From the NCBI GenBank assembly GCA_000697335.1, contig JNEM01013468.1, positions 1 to 39,573 on the forward strand: a stretch of DNA of 39,573 bases. Direction: 5' to 3'. The translations under genes and the position numbers were made by a program. The first letter of the stretch is position 1. Each line of letters opens with the position of its first letter. Shown here piece by piece: positions 13,407-24,818 of this stretch. Source of the stretch: Conidiobolus incongruus B7586 (taxonomy: Eukaryota). Below the pieces are notes generated by a model that did no database searches, was not told the origin of the DNA, and was given only the letters and a program-made list of their open reading frames with translations.

Positions 13407-14695
13407 TATATTTTAAATTTTGGGAATTTTTTGCAATTAAAAATAAATAAGCATTTTGATATATAATATATAAAAATAAATATATAATATAAATTCAATA
13501 ATTTCCTTTATTATTAATAACTTTTTGTTATACTTTTAGCAAACTTCTAACACTTAAAAAACAGTTCTTTTTATTAAAGATCAAAATTTGATGTTTCAAA
13601 AACCAATTAAATTTTTTTGTAGAAATTTTCTTTCTTGTAAGCTAGTTTTTTAATTGCTTAAAGTAATTATAATTGCATAAGTTATAATCTAAAGAATACA
13701 TTAAATGTAGTATTTTTTTTCTAGTCATTTTTAATTAGAAAATTTTTTACAGTTTTAGATTTATATATTTTGTAAAAATTATACAAAATAATAAGTTTTC
13801 TTAAATTATATTAAGAATATTAATTTAAAATACTTTCATTTAAAAAAGCAATATAAAGTTTACTATTAATTGTTTTTCCTTTAAGAATTAAATAAGAATA
13901 ACATATACTATTATAATCTATTATAATAATTAATATTTGTTTATTAATAAAATATTTATTTAAAGGGATTTATAAAAGGGGTTAATTTAACTTAATCTAG
14001 CAATTTAATTTGTATTTTAATAAAAAATTATATATAAAGATTTAATATTTATTAATTATAATTATACAATATAAAAGCTTAAGTTTCTAGTAATATTTTA
14101 GTAAGTTTTATTTAATAATATTTACTTTAACTTTTTTCAAACTTTAGTTAAATTATAAGGTATTTATTTTATATTTTTATTTATTAATTTAAGTTTAAAC
14201 TTTAATATATATAAAATACTTATAAAACTAATATTAAAATATTAAGATAATTCTTTAACTAAAATAAAAATATATTTTTTCATATTTTTTCTTACTCTAT
14301 TAATAATTAAAAGAGTAATAACTAAAGTAAACCTTTTAAATTTTAATAAGCTTTAGATAATTTCTCTTTTAACTTTAAAATAGTTTACCTAATAATAAAT
14401 AGTTTATTTGAATAATACTTTATTATTAAAAGCTGCTTGTAAATTCTAAATAATTTTAAAGGGTTTAAGGTTAAGTTTTACTAATACTAAAATAAAAAAC
14501 TTTTGATAATTATAATTTAGTTTAAATATAATTAAATTAAACAACTAATTTTAAAAAGTTAATTTTTTAATCAAAAAACATATAATATATATATATATAT
14601 ATATAATCTAAAAATATATAATCTTTTATTTATTTAAAACTAATAATATGTTTGAAAAATCAAAAATTAAATAATTTCCTATTATTTCAAATTTA
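13407..14695 (-). mobile_element. Mariner (DD34D) DNA transposon relic, copy B, hypermutated
   Basis: Reverse complement aligns end to end with copies A and C; TIR core TGGGAATTTTTT at 13421 and ATTTCCTATTATTTCAAATTTA at ~14674-14695; residual K*IPYNL and LHLMYSLDYNLCNY. Confidence 0.88.
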
Positions 14696-15633
14696 TAATA
14701 ATATTTAAAGCAATCAATAAAAATATATAATAGACATTTTAAAGCATCATCTTCTAATATAAATAAATTAACTCTATCAAATTAATCCTGTACTTTTTTC
14801 ATAATATATCATAAATAGTAAAAAAATTGAACAATGTTGTATTTTCTAGTCAATATATATAATAAGATTTTATTTTATGATGATTTTAATAATTGATTAA
14901 ATATTATTTGTTTTAAGAATTAAAATCAAAAAAATAAAATACAAAATATAATTTGATATTCAAGTTATCATATTATCATGCATATATATTGTTGAATATT
15001 AACAGATTAATACATATATTATATGATATATTAAATTTACATCTAAGCATCTGAATTTGAAAAAACAAAATTCAATTGAAATAAGATATATATATATATA
15101 TACTTTTATGTAAATCAAAATATTTTCAATTTTATTAAAATTTATATAAATTTGATGTTTAATATCATACTGTAGAGTTTAAATGGCAATTGAAATTAAC
15201 TACCTCATGTTAAAATTATATTTTAAATTAATATTAGTGTAGATTGCTAATTTCACGTATCCAAGAAAGGTAAAAATAGTGCATATCTATGATCCAGATT
15301 CTTAGATATTGGCTCCAAAAAGCAATATATCAAATACTGCTTAATGAAAAAAATTTATTTATTTTGATAACCCATTTTTTTAAATATTAGAATACATTAA
15401 TTTATTATTTGACTTGAAATTTATATATCGATAATATTACACCAAAAAATATAGCTATAAAAGGAAAAGTTATATTTATAACCCAACTCTTATAAGAAAT
15501 AAAAAAAATTAAAAATATCAATTTGTATTATTCAATTCCAAACAAGAATAGTACAATGAATTTATTTAAAATTACCGATTGTTTGATATTTTACAATTTT
15601 GTAATTTTCAACTGAAAAATACTGAAAAAAAAC

Positions 15634-15647
15634 GATTGTGGGGAAAT
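15634..15647 (+). promoter_or_regulatory. Conserved upstream motif GATTGTGGGGAAAT, CreA/Mig1-like
   Basis: Counterpart of 10328-10342. Confidence 0.4.
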
Positions 15648-16351
15648 GTTGAAATTCACTAATTTTAGGTTAATTTCATGCAATCATTTAGAAAAATATT
15701 TTAGTGTTTTAAAATAAAACTAATAGTGATATGTTCGATCAAGCCTTTTCCATTAATATATATATATGTAATTTAGATAAATTAACAGTTATTTTATGCT
15801 TTTATTGATTAAAGGGAATAATATGTATCAATATATATATTGAAAATTCAATTTAACAGTATTTGAAATTTGCTGAAAATTAGTTTATCCAATAGTATCC
15901 AATATTGATGATTCACTTTCATCCGAATGTACGCTAATTTTAAATTTTATATACAAAATGTTTTGATATTGACTTGGGGTTGATCATTGAAAACAAATAA
16001 GCAATATAGATCCATGTTTATATCAGAATAATTAATATAAGGAGCTTTTTCACCATAATATTATATGAAATTCATATTTTAAGTTAATTTTTATCAGTGT
16101 TTATGATCGAATTGAATTTTAAGGGGATTTTCATCAAAGTGTAATTTACAAATAGCGATTAACGTTTATAAATTGAACATTTTATTTGTTCCGTGAGACA
16201 TAATACCATGAACACGTTATTAGAGTATATTTCATTCAAGTATAAATTATCGCCAGTCTTATTCATGTAAATTTATAACTTCACTTGAATTATTAATCAT
16301 TTCTATCAAATATAAGAATTTAATTCTGATTTAAGATTAATTAAATTGACC

Positions 16352-17797
16352 ATGAATAATTTTATACGTGTATGCATCAATATAATATCCATTATAAATT
16401 TAATCATTGTGTGTACTTACTATTTATTTTCTATCATCTTTTTCGAACATTCTAAAATCATAGAAAATTTAAATTGGTTCGATAATGTAATTATTTACAG
16501 CATTCGTAATACTGTAAAATCTACCTTTTATATTAGCTTAGATACTGTGAGAATTTTGTCTAGTTTGATTTTTCAGCGAGTTCCGAAAGGTGCTGAGTTG
16601 GTCAATTTTCAAATCCCCCATGGCTTTAGGAAGCGTAGTCAAGAGTTATTGAAGGAATACCTTAGCAAATCTTCGGATTATAGCACTTGGATTGAAAGTG
16701 ATATGGATTGGAGGGTTTCAGGTCCTTTGAACGTGGAGTGGATCATCCCTAAAGGTGTAAAATTGAATCGTAATTCCAATGTATTCGTTTACATCCACGG
16801 AGGCGCTTTTATGATTGGAAAGTTTGGTATTTATCGCGGTGACATGGGACGTGTTGCACTTGATGCTGACTGTATATGTCTTGGAATCAATTATCGTCTA
16901 GCTCCTGAATTTGCTGCTCCATGCCAAATTGAGGATGTATTGTCAGTAATATTATATTTAACTAGCGAGCCAAGTAATGATCCAAATTTGAATGGGATGG
17001 GTTTGAGTTCCGACCAAATTGTTGTTGGAGGGGATAGTGCTGGAGGAAACCTAGCTGCAAGTATTAATCATCTTTTATCCGACCTTCAAATGCCCAAATT
17101 AGGTGGAACTATCCTTATTTCACCTTATCTTGATGTTACTAACAGTTTACCCAGCCACCATTTGAATGCGAACAATGATATATTAGGTGATTTACCATTA
17201 ATGCCTCCAGGTACAAAGTGTACACCGTCATATTGCGATTTTGCAGCAGGCTATCTATTCCGAAATTGTTCACCTAATATTTTGTCAAAAATATCGGAAC
17301 GTGGTCATTTTTACACCAATACTCGATTTTTCAATCATCCTTTAATTAGCCCTCTATATAACTCCAATTTTCACGATTTACCTCCAATTTTAATTACAGT
17401 GGGTAGAGGTGAAAGGGTGCGTGATGATTCAATCCTGTACTATCAAAAGATCAATTCCGCTAACAAGAGCAAATATAAAGAACCATCACATATTCCTAGT
17501 ATCACTTTACATATCTATGAAGGAATGACTCACTGCTTCACTCAATTACGCTTCAACACTCAATCTAAATGGGCATTTGCGAGGATGTCCAATTTCTTAA
17601 GACAATGCTTTGCTGTGAGAGTCAACGATAGATACAAGTTTTCCACAAGTGCCAAATATCCTATAAATTTAGGATTTAACAGAGATCAAGCCAAAGGTAA
17701 CAAGGACAATAATATGTTTGAACATCGTTTAAATAACGAATTGGTGAATTATCATCATGATTATGATTTGAAATTGAAATTTGTAAATACATTATAG
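16352..17797 (+). CDS. GDXG/HSL-family alpha/beta-hydrolase (paralog 3, closest to paralog 2)
   Basis: ATG at 16352 (the track starts at an upstream TTG, 16346); YIHGGAF, NYRLAPE, GDSAGGN, GERVRDDS, YEGMTH. Confidence 0.93.
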   Translation: MNNFIRVCINIISIINLIIVCTYYLFSIIFFEHSKIIENLNWFDNVIIYSIRNTVKSTFYISLDTVRILSSLIFQRVPKGAELVNFQIPHGFRKRSQELLKEYLSKSSDYSTWIESDMDWRVSGPLNVEWIIPKGVKLNRNSNVFVYIHGGAFMIGKFGIYRGDMGRVALDADCICLGINYRLAPEFAAPCQIEDVLSVILYLTSEPSNDPNLNGMGLSSDQIVVGGDSAGGNLAASINHLLSDLQMPKLGGTILISPYLDVTNSLPSHHLNANNDILGDLPLMPPGTKCTPSYCDFAAGYLFRNCSPNILSKISERGHFYTNTRFFNHPLISPLYNSNFHDLPPILITVGRGERVRDDSILYYQKINSANKSKYKEPSHIPSITLHIYEGMTHCFTQLRFNTQSKWAFARMSNFLRQCFAVRVNDRYKFSTSAKYPINLGFNRDQAKGNKDNNMFEHRLNNELVNYHHDYDLKLKFVNTL

Positions 17798-19217
17798 AAT
17801 ATTATTAACATCATTTTATTAATAAATATTATTATAATTAATAACTTTAATATTTAATGATTGTTTAGCTATTCGTTATCGCCTTTTAGATTATCGTTAT
17901 ATCATTTTTATCATTATTAAATTCTAATATACATAAAAAATTAAATCAAAAAGCTCAAAATTTAATTTTTCATAAAATTACTCTATTCGATTGTAAATAT
18001 TGATAAATATTTCAAACAATATATTTTAATTTCAAAATATATATCATAGTGGCGTTTTTAATATACTATATGATTGATATAGTTCCAATTTAATTCTCAA
18101 ACTTTGAATATAATGGTTGTATGAATTGAAATTGAAATTGTAACTTAACAGTCTTTCATCAATATCACTCAAAAACATAATATTAATAAAGTTTAATATT
18201 GTCAAAATAAATTAATATAATTTCCATGCTGAATAGTATTATTTACTGAATTAATTTTTTATTTTGTTTCATAGCTCCAATTATAATATATCAAAAATTA
18301 CGTAAAATATGGCTACCTTAGGAATTTTTTCATAGATTTGATATCGTCCATATTTAATCTAAGTATTAAAGAAATTGAAAAAATTTAACTATGCTTATTT
18401 AGTTTACTTAATTTGAAATGATAAATTTAATTTTATAAATTAATAATATGTAAATTTTGACAACAAATTTATTAGCATTATTTGTAAATATATAAACAAT
18501 ATACTAATGTCAAGATAATTTTATATATGTTTGTAACAAATTTGAGCAGGAATAGTACAATATATTAGTACTAGTTTCATATTACTCTATCCCAAAATAT
18601 AACATCATTCGGTATATTCTTACTCATGGAATAACTTTAATGAGAGACAATATAGAATTGTAAAATTTGGTCAATTTAATTAGATTAATTCTGATTTTAT
18701 TTTGTTAATAAATGATTATATATATTATTATAAATATATTTATTTTATTAAGAAATGATGGACTTATTATATTCTTAGTATATAATCCATTTATTCAAAC
18801 TTTTCAATCTAATTTTCAATAGATTTTTTTAATAATGTTTAGTAAAATGAAATAAGTCAATCTGGTTCAAATACTATTAAAAATATCAATTATGTATGAC
18901 GAATTTTAATTCTACTTTTAGCAATTTCAAAATCATTGTTCTAGATAATATTGATTGTTGATAAGGTTTTAAGAGTCAAATGATACTATACTAATGGAGA
19001 GAGTAATAATATGAGAATTTTATATATTATTCAGAGGTTCGATAGTATGATCTTATCAAATTGAGAGGATATTAGATATAAAATTGTAAAATATAGGCTT
19101 GAAAATATTATATAATCAAGCTACAAATGATAAAAGACATTTATAATATATGTGAATGAGTAATGTTAAATACAAATTAAAATATATATTATTAAAAGGT
19201 GAAATAAATTATTCAAG

Positions 19218-19301
19218 TCCGACCAACCGGAATTGAACCAGTGACCTAGAGATTACAGCTTAAACTACAGTCTCCCGCTCTACCAACTGAGCTATAGTCG
19301 G
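19218..19301 (-). tRNA. tRNA-Tyr(GTA) with 11-nt intron
   Basis: CCGACTA/TGGTCGG acceptor stem, A box TAGCTCAGTTGG, GGAGA-CT-GTA-G[TTTAAGCTGTA]A-TCTCT anticodon arm, B box GGTTCAATTCC; 84 nt. Confidence 0.95.
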
Positions 19302-19385
19302 TTAATTCAACTTTCTATAAATTAAAATATACACCTTGATATTTTAATATTAAGTTTTTTAACTATATTTACACACCCTTTACAC

Positions 19386-19721
19386 TGTTACGAATCAGGC
19401 AATTCCCCTCTACCTAAATATTTTACATCAACTTAATGTTAAAGCCATTCCCCCTCGCATACCATCTGCTCCTGCTCTATCTCTTATTTGGCCGATGAAG
19501 CAAGGCACCGGAGAATCTCATGAAACACCCTACCCAACTCGCTCTTTATACAACCTAGAATAGAGCTATCCTCAATAAGCAGAGTTCGATCTGAGTCCTC
19601 CCAGTTATTTGATTTAAACTAATAAACCTCCTATCTCTCTAACACTTACCTGGAATTCCCCAGATCTCACTCTTTTATCTAAACTACTCTGGACACGGCT
19701 TTCCCAAGACGTTTTAATACA
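19386..19721 (+). mobile_element. Solo LTR, family B copy 1 (336 bp)
   Basis: TGTTAC...TAATACA termini, AATAAA at 19621, more GC-rich than flanks, about 90% identical by eye to 24485-24818; TSD imperfect (TACAC/AACAA). Confidence 0.8.
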
Positions 19722-21760
19722 AACAAATATTCAATTAATATCATTTTATATTATATTCAGTATTCGATTATTATTTCTATATTTATCTATTCAATTTTTA
19801 ATATACTTCTCAACTCTATTTCATGCTATATTTAGAATTGTTAAACTCTATAATAATTCAAATTATCGAATCCCAATATCCTTTATATTTTTTGAAATAG
19901 ATTTAGTAATATTTTAATATTTACTATATTTGTTAATTGTTTTTCATTATAATATTAAACTCCAATCTTTGTCAATTTTGCCATGGACTATCTCATATTA
20001 TATTTTGAATTTTTATATAAATAATATTGATAAAAGATATCAAATTTTATTCATTCATTATGATATTAATAAACAAAAGATAATCGGGGATGAATACTAA
20101 TTATAGTATATATTGAATCAAGCTAAGCAATAACACAAAATATAGAGATCCAACCTTTGTAATATCTTAAAATTTTTTTTTGAAAAATCTAATACTGAAA
20201 GAAATAATTCTATTAAGGAATTTTGACACAATTTACAATACACTGTTCATACAGCTAATTGCAAATTGTGAAATAAGTTACTTTGTATAATTGTTTATGA
20301 GTGTTTAGAATCTTATAAATAACTGAACCTATTTTGTTTGGTTTCTCAATCAACCAAACACATTGAGTTATTAATAATTATTAGGTTTTTACCCACATAT
20401 TATTCTACAATATTACCAATCTTGACTTAAAAAGATCCAAATATAAAATATTAGTATTATATAAGCCAAATTTGAATTTAATAATCCCTGCATAATAATT
20501 AAGAATTATTAAAAAAATTGATTATGACCTAATTAAAATAAATATTTAGATTAATTTTATATGATTTTTAGCGAATTTAATCTAAAAAATTAAAGATAAC
20601 CAGTTCAAAATCGTGAATTACAAATATAATTTTATTAACCTGAATATTCGTTTTATTAATCATGTGAAATATTTTTATTTGAAATATTATTAAATCCTCA
20701 ATATTTTGTATTTATTTACCTGTTAAAACTACATCAAAATTCATATAACACCAACAACCTTTGAAAATCAAGTCATACTAATAAATTTTCAAAATTTTAA
20801 ACCATTGAAAATTTGTGAAATATGCCAAATTTAGAAATTGTCCAATAATTTTGGATTTCTAAAATACTATATTTAACATTTTAAAATATGTTATTTGGGA
20901 ATCCTTTTAGAGTAATTTTATAGTATGAATATTGGATCTTAAATTTTATTATGGAGATGAATAACAAAATAAATAATGGGGTTATTAAATACTCAAAACT
21001 CTGAAATTTCAGTAATTTAATGGTCCTTAATAATTAGGAATTATATTTTTCATTCTAATACTAATATTATCAAAGTAAATTTCTCCTTAGAATTCTTTGA
21101 AAATGTAAATAATTTAATAATATTTGGTTCTATTATGATATTACAGCCCCAAAATCTTCAATTCTAACTATTTCATTCCCTATTAAAATGATATCATATT
21201 GACTATTCACTTTCAAAATGTAAAAATTAAAAAAATTCTTGTTAATTCATTTGCGCAAAATTTACTATTTCAATAAATTTTCACAAATATCACCGATCCA
21301 AAAATACAAATTACTAAGACAAATTAGAGGGATTCAAGTTTATAAAAATATTAAAAATAGTTAATAATCAAAGAAATATTAGCTCAAGAGATGTTAAGGT
21401 ATTTATATTCTATTGTTACATATTTTTAAATATACATATAATCGCGATAAAGAATAGATCCTTAAGATTGATTTCAATTCAGTGCTGATTGAATATGTTG
21501 AATTTTAATTCATGAAATTGAAAATCTAATAAGTCAACAAATATTCAGTTGATAACTTGTCACCCTCTCTCAATAATTTGGTAAATGTACTAAGAATATA
21601 CTGGAATCAGCTAATGTTTTTTCATTAAATATTCACATCTTCATTAGTTCTAGAGAGTTGACTATTTGTCATATTCTCAGACTTTGGGATTATATAAAAC
21701 GCTGTCCCAGCATAAACCAACATATTATCAAATTGCCATAGTGTTAGAATATTTTACAAT

Positions 21761-23203
21761 ATGGCAAACCCCATTACCACTGTACTACGTCATCTGAACA
21801 ACTTAGCTCTCGCCATGGAGCTCATCTTAGTAACTTTATGGTATGTAATCAGCTATCCATTCATCGAAAAGTTAATGCCAAGTCTCAATTTCGTCCAGCA
21901 TTTGGCAATTTTCATTGCTAGAAATGTCTTAGAGGCTCCCTTCCATTTTAGAATTTCTACTCTAAGAAGATTGTTCTGCTTGTCCAAACAACGATTGGGT
22001 CCCGGTGTAAGTGCTAAGGATATTGTTATTCCCGACTATTTTAGAAGTAAGAGTGAGCTTTTAGTTCAGAAGTATTTTGATAAATTTGTAGATGGAGAGC
22101 GCTGGAATGATGATGAACAGAATTGGAGAAATGCTCCAAATTTAGAGGCGAGATGGATTATTCCAAAGGGAAAGAAATTGAATAAGGATAGCAGAGTGTT
22201 AATTTATGTGCATGGTGGTGCGTTTATGTTCGGCGATTTCAAATGTCACCAATATGATATGAGTCAAGTTGCTCTTCAAGCTGATTGCTTGGTTCTCGGT
22301 GTAAATTATCGCTTGGGTCCCGAGTATATCGCCCCATGCCAGGTTGAAGACATTATTGCTGCTATTTTGTATCTTACATCTGAGTCTAGTGGAATTGATG
22401 GAGAAACCGGATTCGAAATTCCATTCAATCAAATTGCTATTGCTGGCGATAGTGCTGGAGGTAATATAGCAGCCTCTACTATTCATGTCATGAGGGATAT
22501 TGGACTGCCCAAATTAGCAGGGGTTGCCTTACAGTCTCCCTATCTTGATATGACGCACTGTCTTCCCAGTCACCAGTTGAACCGAAATAAAGATGTATTG
22601 TGCGTGTTACCTGTACATCCCCCGACCGAAAAGTTCAATCTTGGCTATTTTGACTTCCCTTTCAGATATACCTATAAAATTGGGGACGATAAATTAAAGA
22701 AGAAATTATTAAATGATGGTCACGCTTGGTGCAAAGCTCAATACCTTAATCTTCCACTAATCAGTCCAGTGTATGACAATGATTTCACCAATTTGCCACC
22801 CGTACTACTCCAAGTGGGCGAAGTTGAAAGATTCAGAGACGACAGCATCATTTATTCCAAGCTACTCAACAACATCTCACAGCAGTCTCGAGACACTCAC
22901 TTACCACCTGCCACACTTTACATCTACGAAGACTTACCCCATTGTTTCAATATGGCATTTCACATGCCCCAAAATGCGTGGTTCATAGCAAGAACTTCCA
23001 TGTTCTTGAAGCAGTGCTTCAATCCTCACAATGTCAAGTACCACAAGCTCGATATCATCAACACCTTCCCCAGCATTCAAATCCCACTAGACGATCCTGT
23101 ACTCAACCCCGGTACCAATATCAATCAAGTAGTGCACAGTCCTAGTGGCGACTTAGAAATTTTTAAAACTCCCAATTTAGAGTTGAAATTTCCTAGGTAT
23201 TAA
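21761..23203 (+). CDS. GDXG/HSL-family alpha/beta-hydrolase (paralog 4, most divergent)
   Basis: 480 aa; YVHGGAF, NYRLGPE, GDSAGGN, VERFRDDS, YEDLPH; TATATAAAA at 21691. Confidence 0.93.
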   Translation: MANPITTVLRHLNNLALAMELILVTLWYVISYPFIEKLMPSLNFVQHLAIFIARNVLEAPFHFRISTLRRLFCLSKQRLGPGVSAKDIVIPDYFRSKSELLVQKYFDKFVDGERWNDDEQNWRNAPNLEARWIIPKGKKLNKDSRVLIYVHGGAFMFGDFKCHQYDMSQVALQADCLVLGVNYRLGPEYIAPCQVEDIIAAILYLTSESSGIDGETGFEIPFNQIAIAGDSAGGNIAASTIHVMRDIGLPKLAGVALQSPYLDMTHCLPSHQLNRNKDVLCVLPVHPPTEKFNLGYFDFPFRYTYKIGDDKLKKKLLNDGHAWCKAQYLNLPLISPVYDNDFTNLPPVLLQVGEVERFRDDSIIYSKLLNNISQQSRDTHLPPATLYIYEDLPHCFNMAFHMPQNAWFIARTSMFLKQCFNPHNVKYHKLDIINTFPSIQIPLDDPVLNPGTNINQVVHSPSGDLEIFKTPNLELKFPRY

Positions 23204-23486
23204 TTAATTTTTATTTCCTTTTTTATATTTTACTTTTTGAAGAAATGCTAGTCATTTTTTTTAAAATAATTTTTCTTGATTTTCAAGTTAATAAAAAAAA
23301 TATTAATTTTAAATATTTTAATTTTTGGATTATTAAATTATTATGATATTTATTGATAATTAAATTATTTTGATAATTGGTATAAATACTAAGTAATTAA
23401 ATTTAAAATATTTTTTGACACAATAATCTCAATTAAAATATTATATCTATCAAAATCAAATTTTAAGGCAAAATTTGAGACGTTTA

Positions 23487-23794
23487 TGTAACAGGTCCAA
23501 CCTGGTTTCTCTTGAATCCCATGACATTCTACCAATAGCATCATAACATGTGTATATTATTCTATCTCAATAGTGGTATTACTATATAAATACCATCTTT
23601 GGTGCAATAACTAAGCTTTGGCTTGTTATTGTGTGCAATATCTACAATAAACCTTCAATTTGTTCTTAACATATTTCTGTTTATTAGTAATCTTCTGCCA
23701 ATATCCAGTACGGTTCTAGTTGCGCGGGTTATGAATTGGTGACAACTCCCAGTAGATCATGTTTTCAGTGGTAGTGCGACTGAGAGTTGTGACA
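23487..23794 (+). mobile_element. Probable solo LTR, family C (308 bp), 10 bp upstream of tRNA-Tyr
   Basis: TGTAACA...TGTGACA inverted termini (6/7 match), TATATAAA 23583, AATAAA 23646, GC-richer island; flanks GTTTA/ACTTA may be a decayed 5-bp TSD; single copy in window. Confidence 0.65.
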
Positions 23795-23804
23795 ACTTAT
23801 TTAA

Positions 23805-23888
23805 CCGACTATAGCTCAGTTGGTAGAGCGGGAGACTGTAGTTTAAGCTGTAATCTCTAGGTCACTGGTTCAATTCCGGTTGGTCGGA
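23805..23888 (+). tRNA. tRNA-Tyr(GTA) with 11-nt intron
   Basis: Identical over 84 nt to the reverse complement of 19218-19301; followed by a TTTT Pol III terminator. Confidence 0.95.
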
Positions 23889-24484
23889 TTTTATATGAGT
23901 TTATTTCCAAAAATTTTTATTTACTTTGAATTTCCAATTTTTACCTTCTTTTAAATAATTTAATTTAAGAGATCTTATATCAAATATATATTATATGGTA
24001 AATATTTTGAATTGACCAAATACAGGTGTTAAATATACATATTTCCACGAATTCCTTAATCATTAATTCTAAAATCGTTGAATTAATTTTATATAAATAC
24101 TATTAAAAAGTAATTTTAATAATAAATGAAAAATCTAATATATGAGAAATTTCAAAATTGCATCTCTTAATTTAGATTATATAATTATTTAAGATTATTT
24201 TAATATATTCAAATATGTTACTTAGCTTCGAATATGTAACTATTGAAAGTAATGATATGGTTCTGGATAAATTATTGGTAACAAAATCAAATCATAATAA
24301 TATTTATTGATTTTGAAGAAATTTTCTTTAATATTATCTGTATATTGATACACAATAAGTTTACATTCATCTTGATAAATAACTAGTTACACTTCGTCTT
24401 TATTATTATATATTCTTATTCTAGTATGAGTATTAAAAAATACTATTTATTATCTCATCATCTTAAATAAATGATAAAATTAAT

Positions 24485-24818
24485 AGTCACGAATCAGCCG
24501 ATTCCCCTCTACCTAAATATTTTACATCAACTTAATGTTAAAGTCATTCCCCCTCGCATACCATCTGCTCCCGCTCTATCTCTTAATTGGCCGATGGAGT
24601 AAGTCACCGGAGAATCTCGTAACACCTTACCCAACTCACTCTATATAAAACCCAGAATTAGAGCTATCCTCAATAAGCAGAGTTCGATCTGAGTCCCCCA
24701 GCTATTTGATTTAAACCAATAAACCCCCTATCTCTCTAACACTTACCTGGAATTCCCCAGATCTCACTCTTTTATCTAAACTATTCTGGACACGGCTTTC
24801 CCAAGACTTGTTAATGTT
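24485..24818 (+). mobile_element. Solo LTR, family B copy 2 (termini eroded)
   Basis: Direct repeat of 19386-19721; starts AGTCAC; TATATAAAA ~24642, AATAAA 24718; terminal CA lost. Confidence 0.8.

Noticed and set aside
19641..19721. U1 snRNA, suggested by ACTTACCTGG
   Set aside because: No U1 stem-loops or Sm site follow; the motif lies within an LTR.
24480..24815. TTAAT...TTAAT as target-site duplication of LTR copy 2
   Set aside because: Copy 1 has TTAAT at the same internal position, so it is probably LTR sequence.
19386..24818. The two direct family-B LTRs as ends of one element that captured hydrolase 4 and a tRNA
   Set aside because: No PBS (TGG...) after the first LTR, no polypurine tract before the second, no shared outer TSD and no gag/pol remnant; two solo LTRs is simpler.
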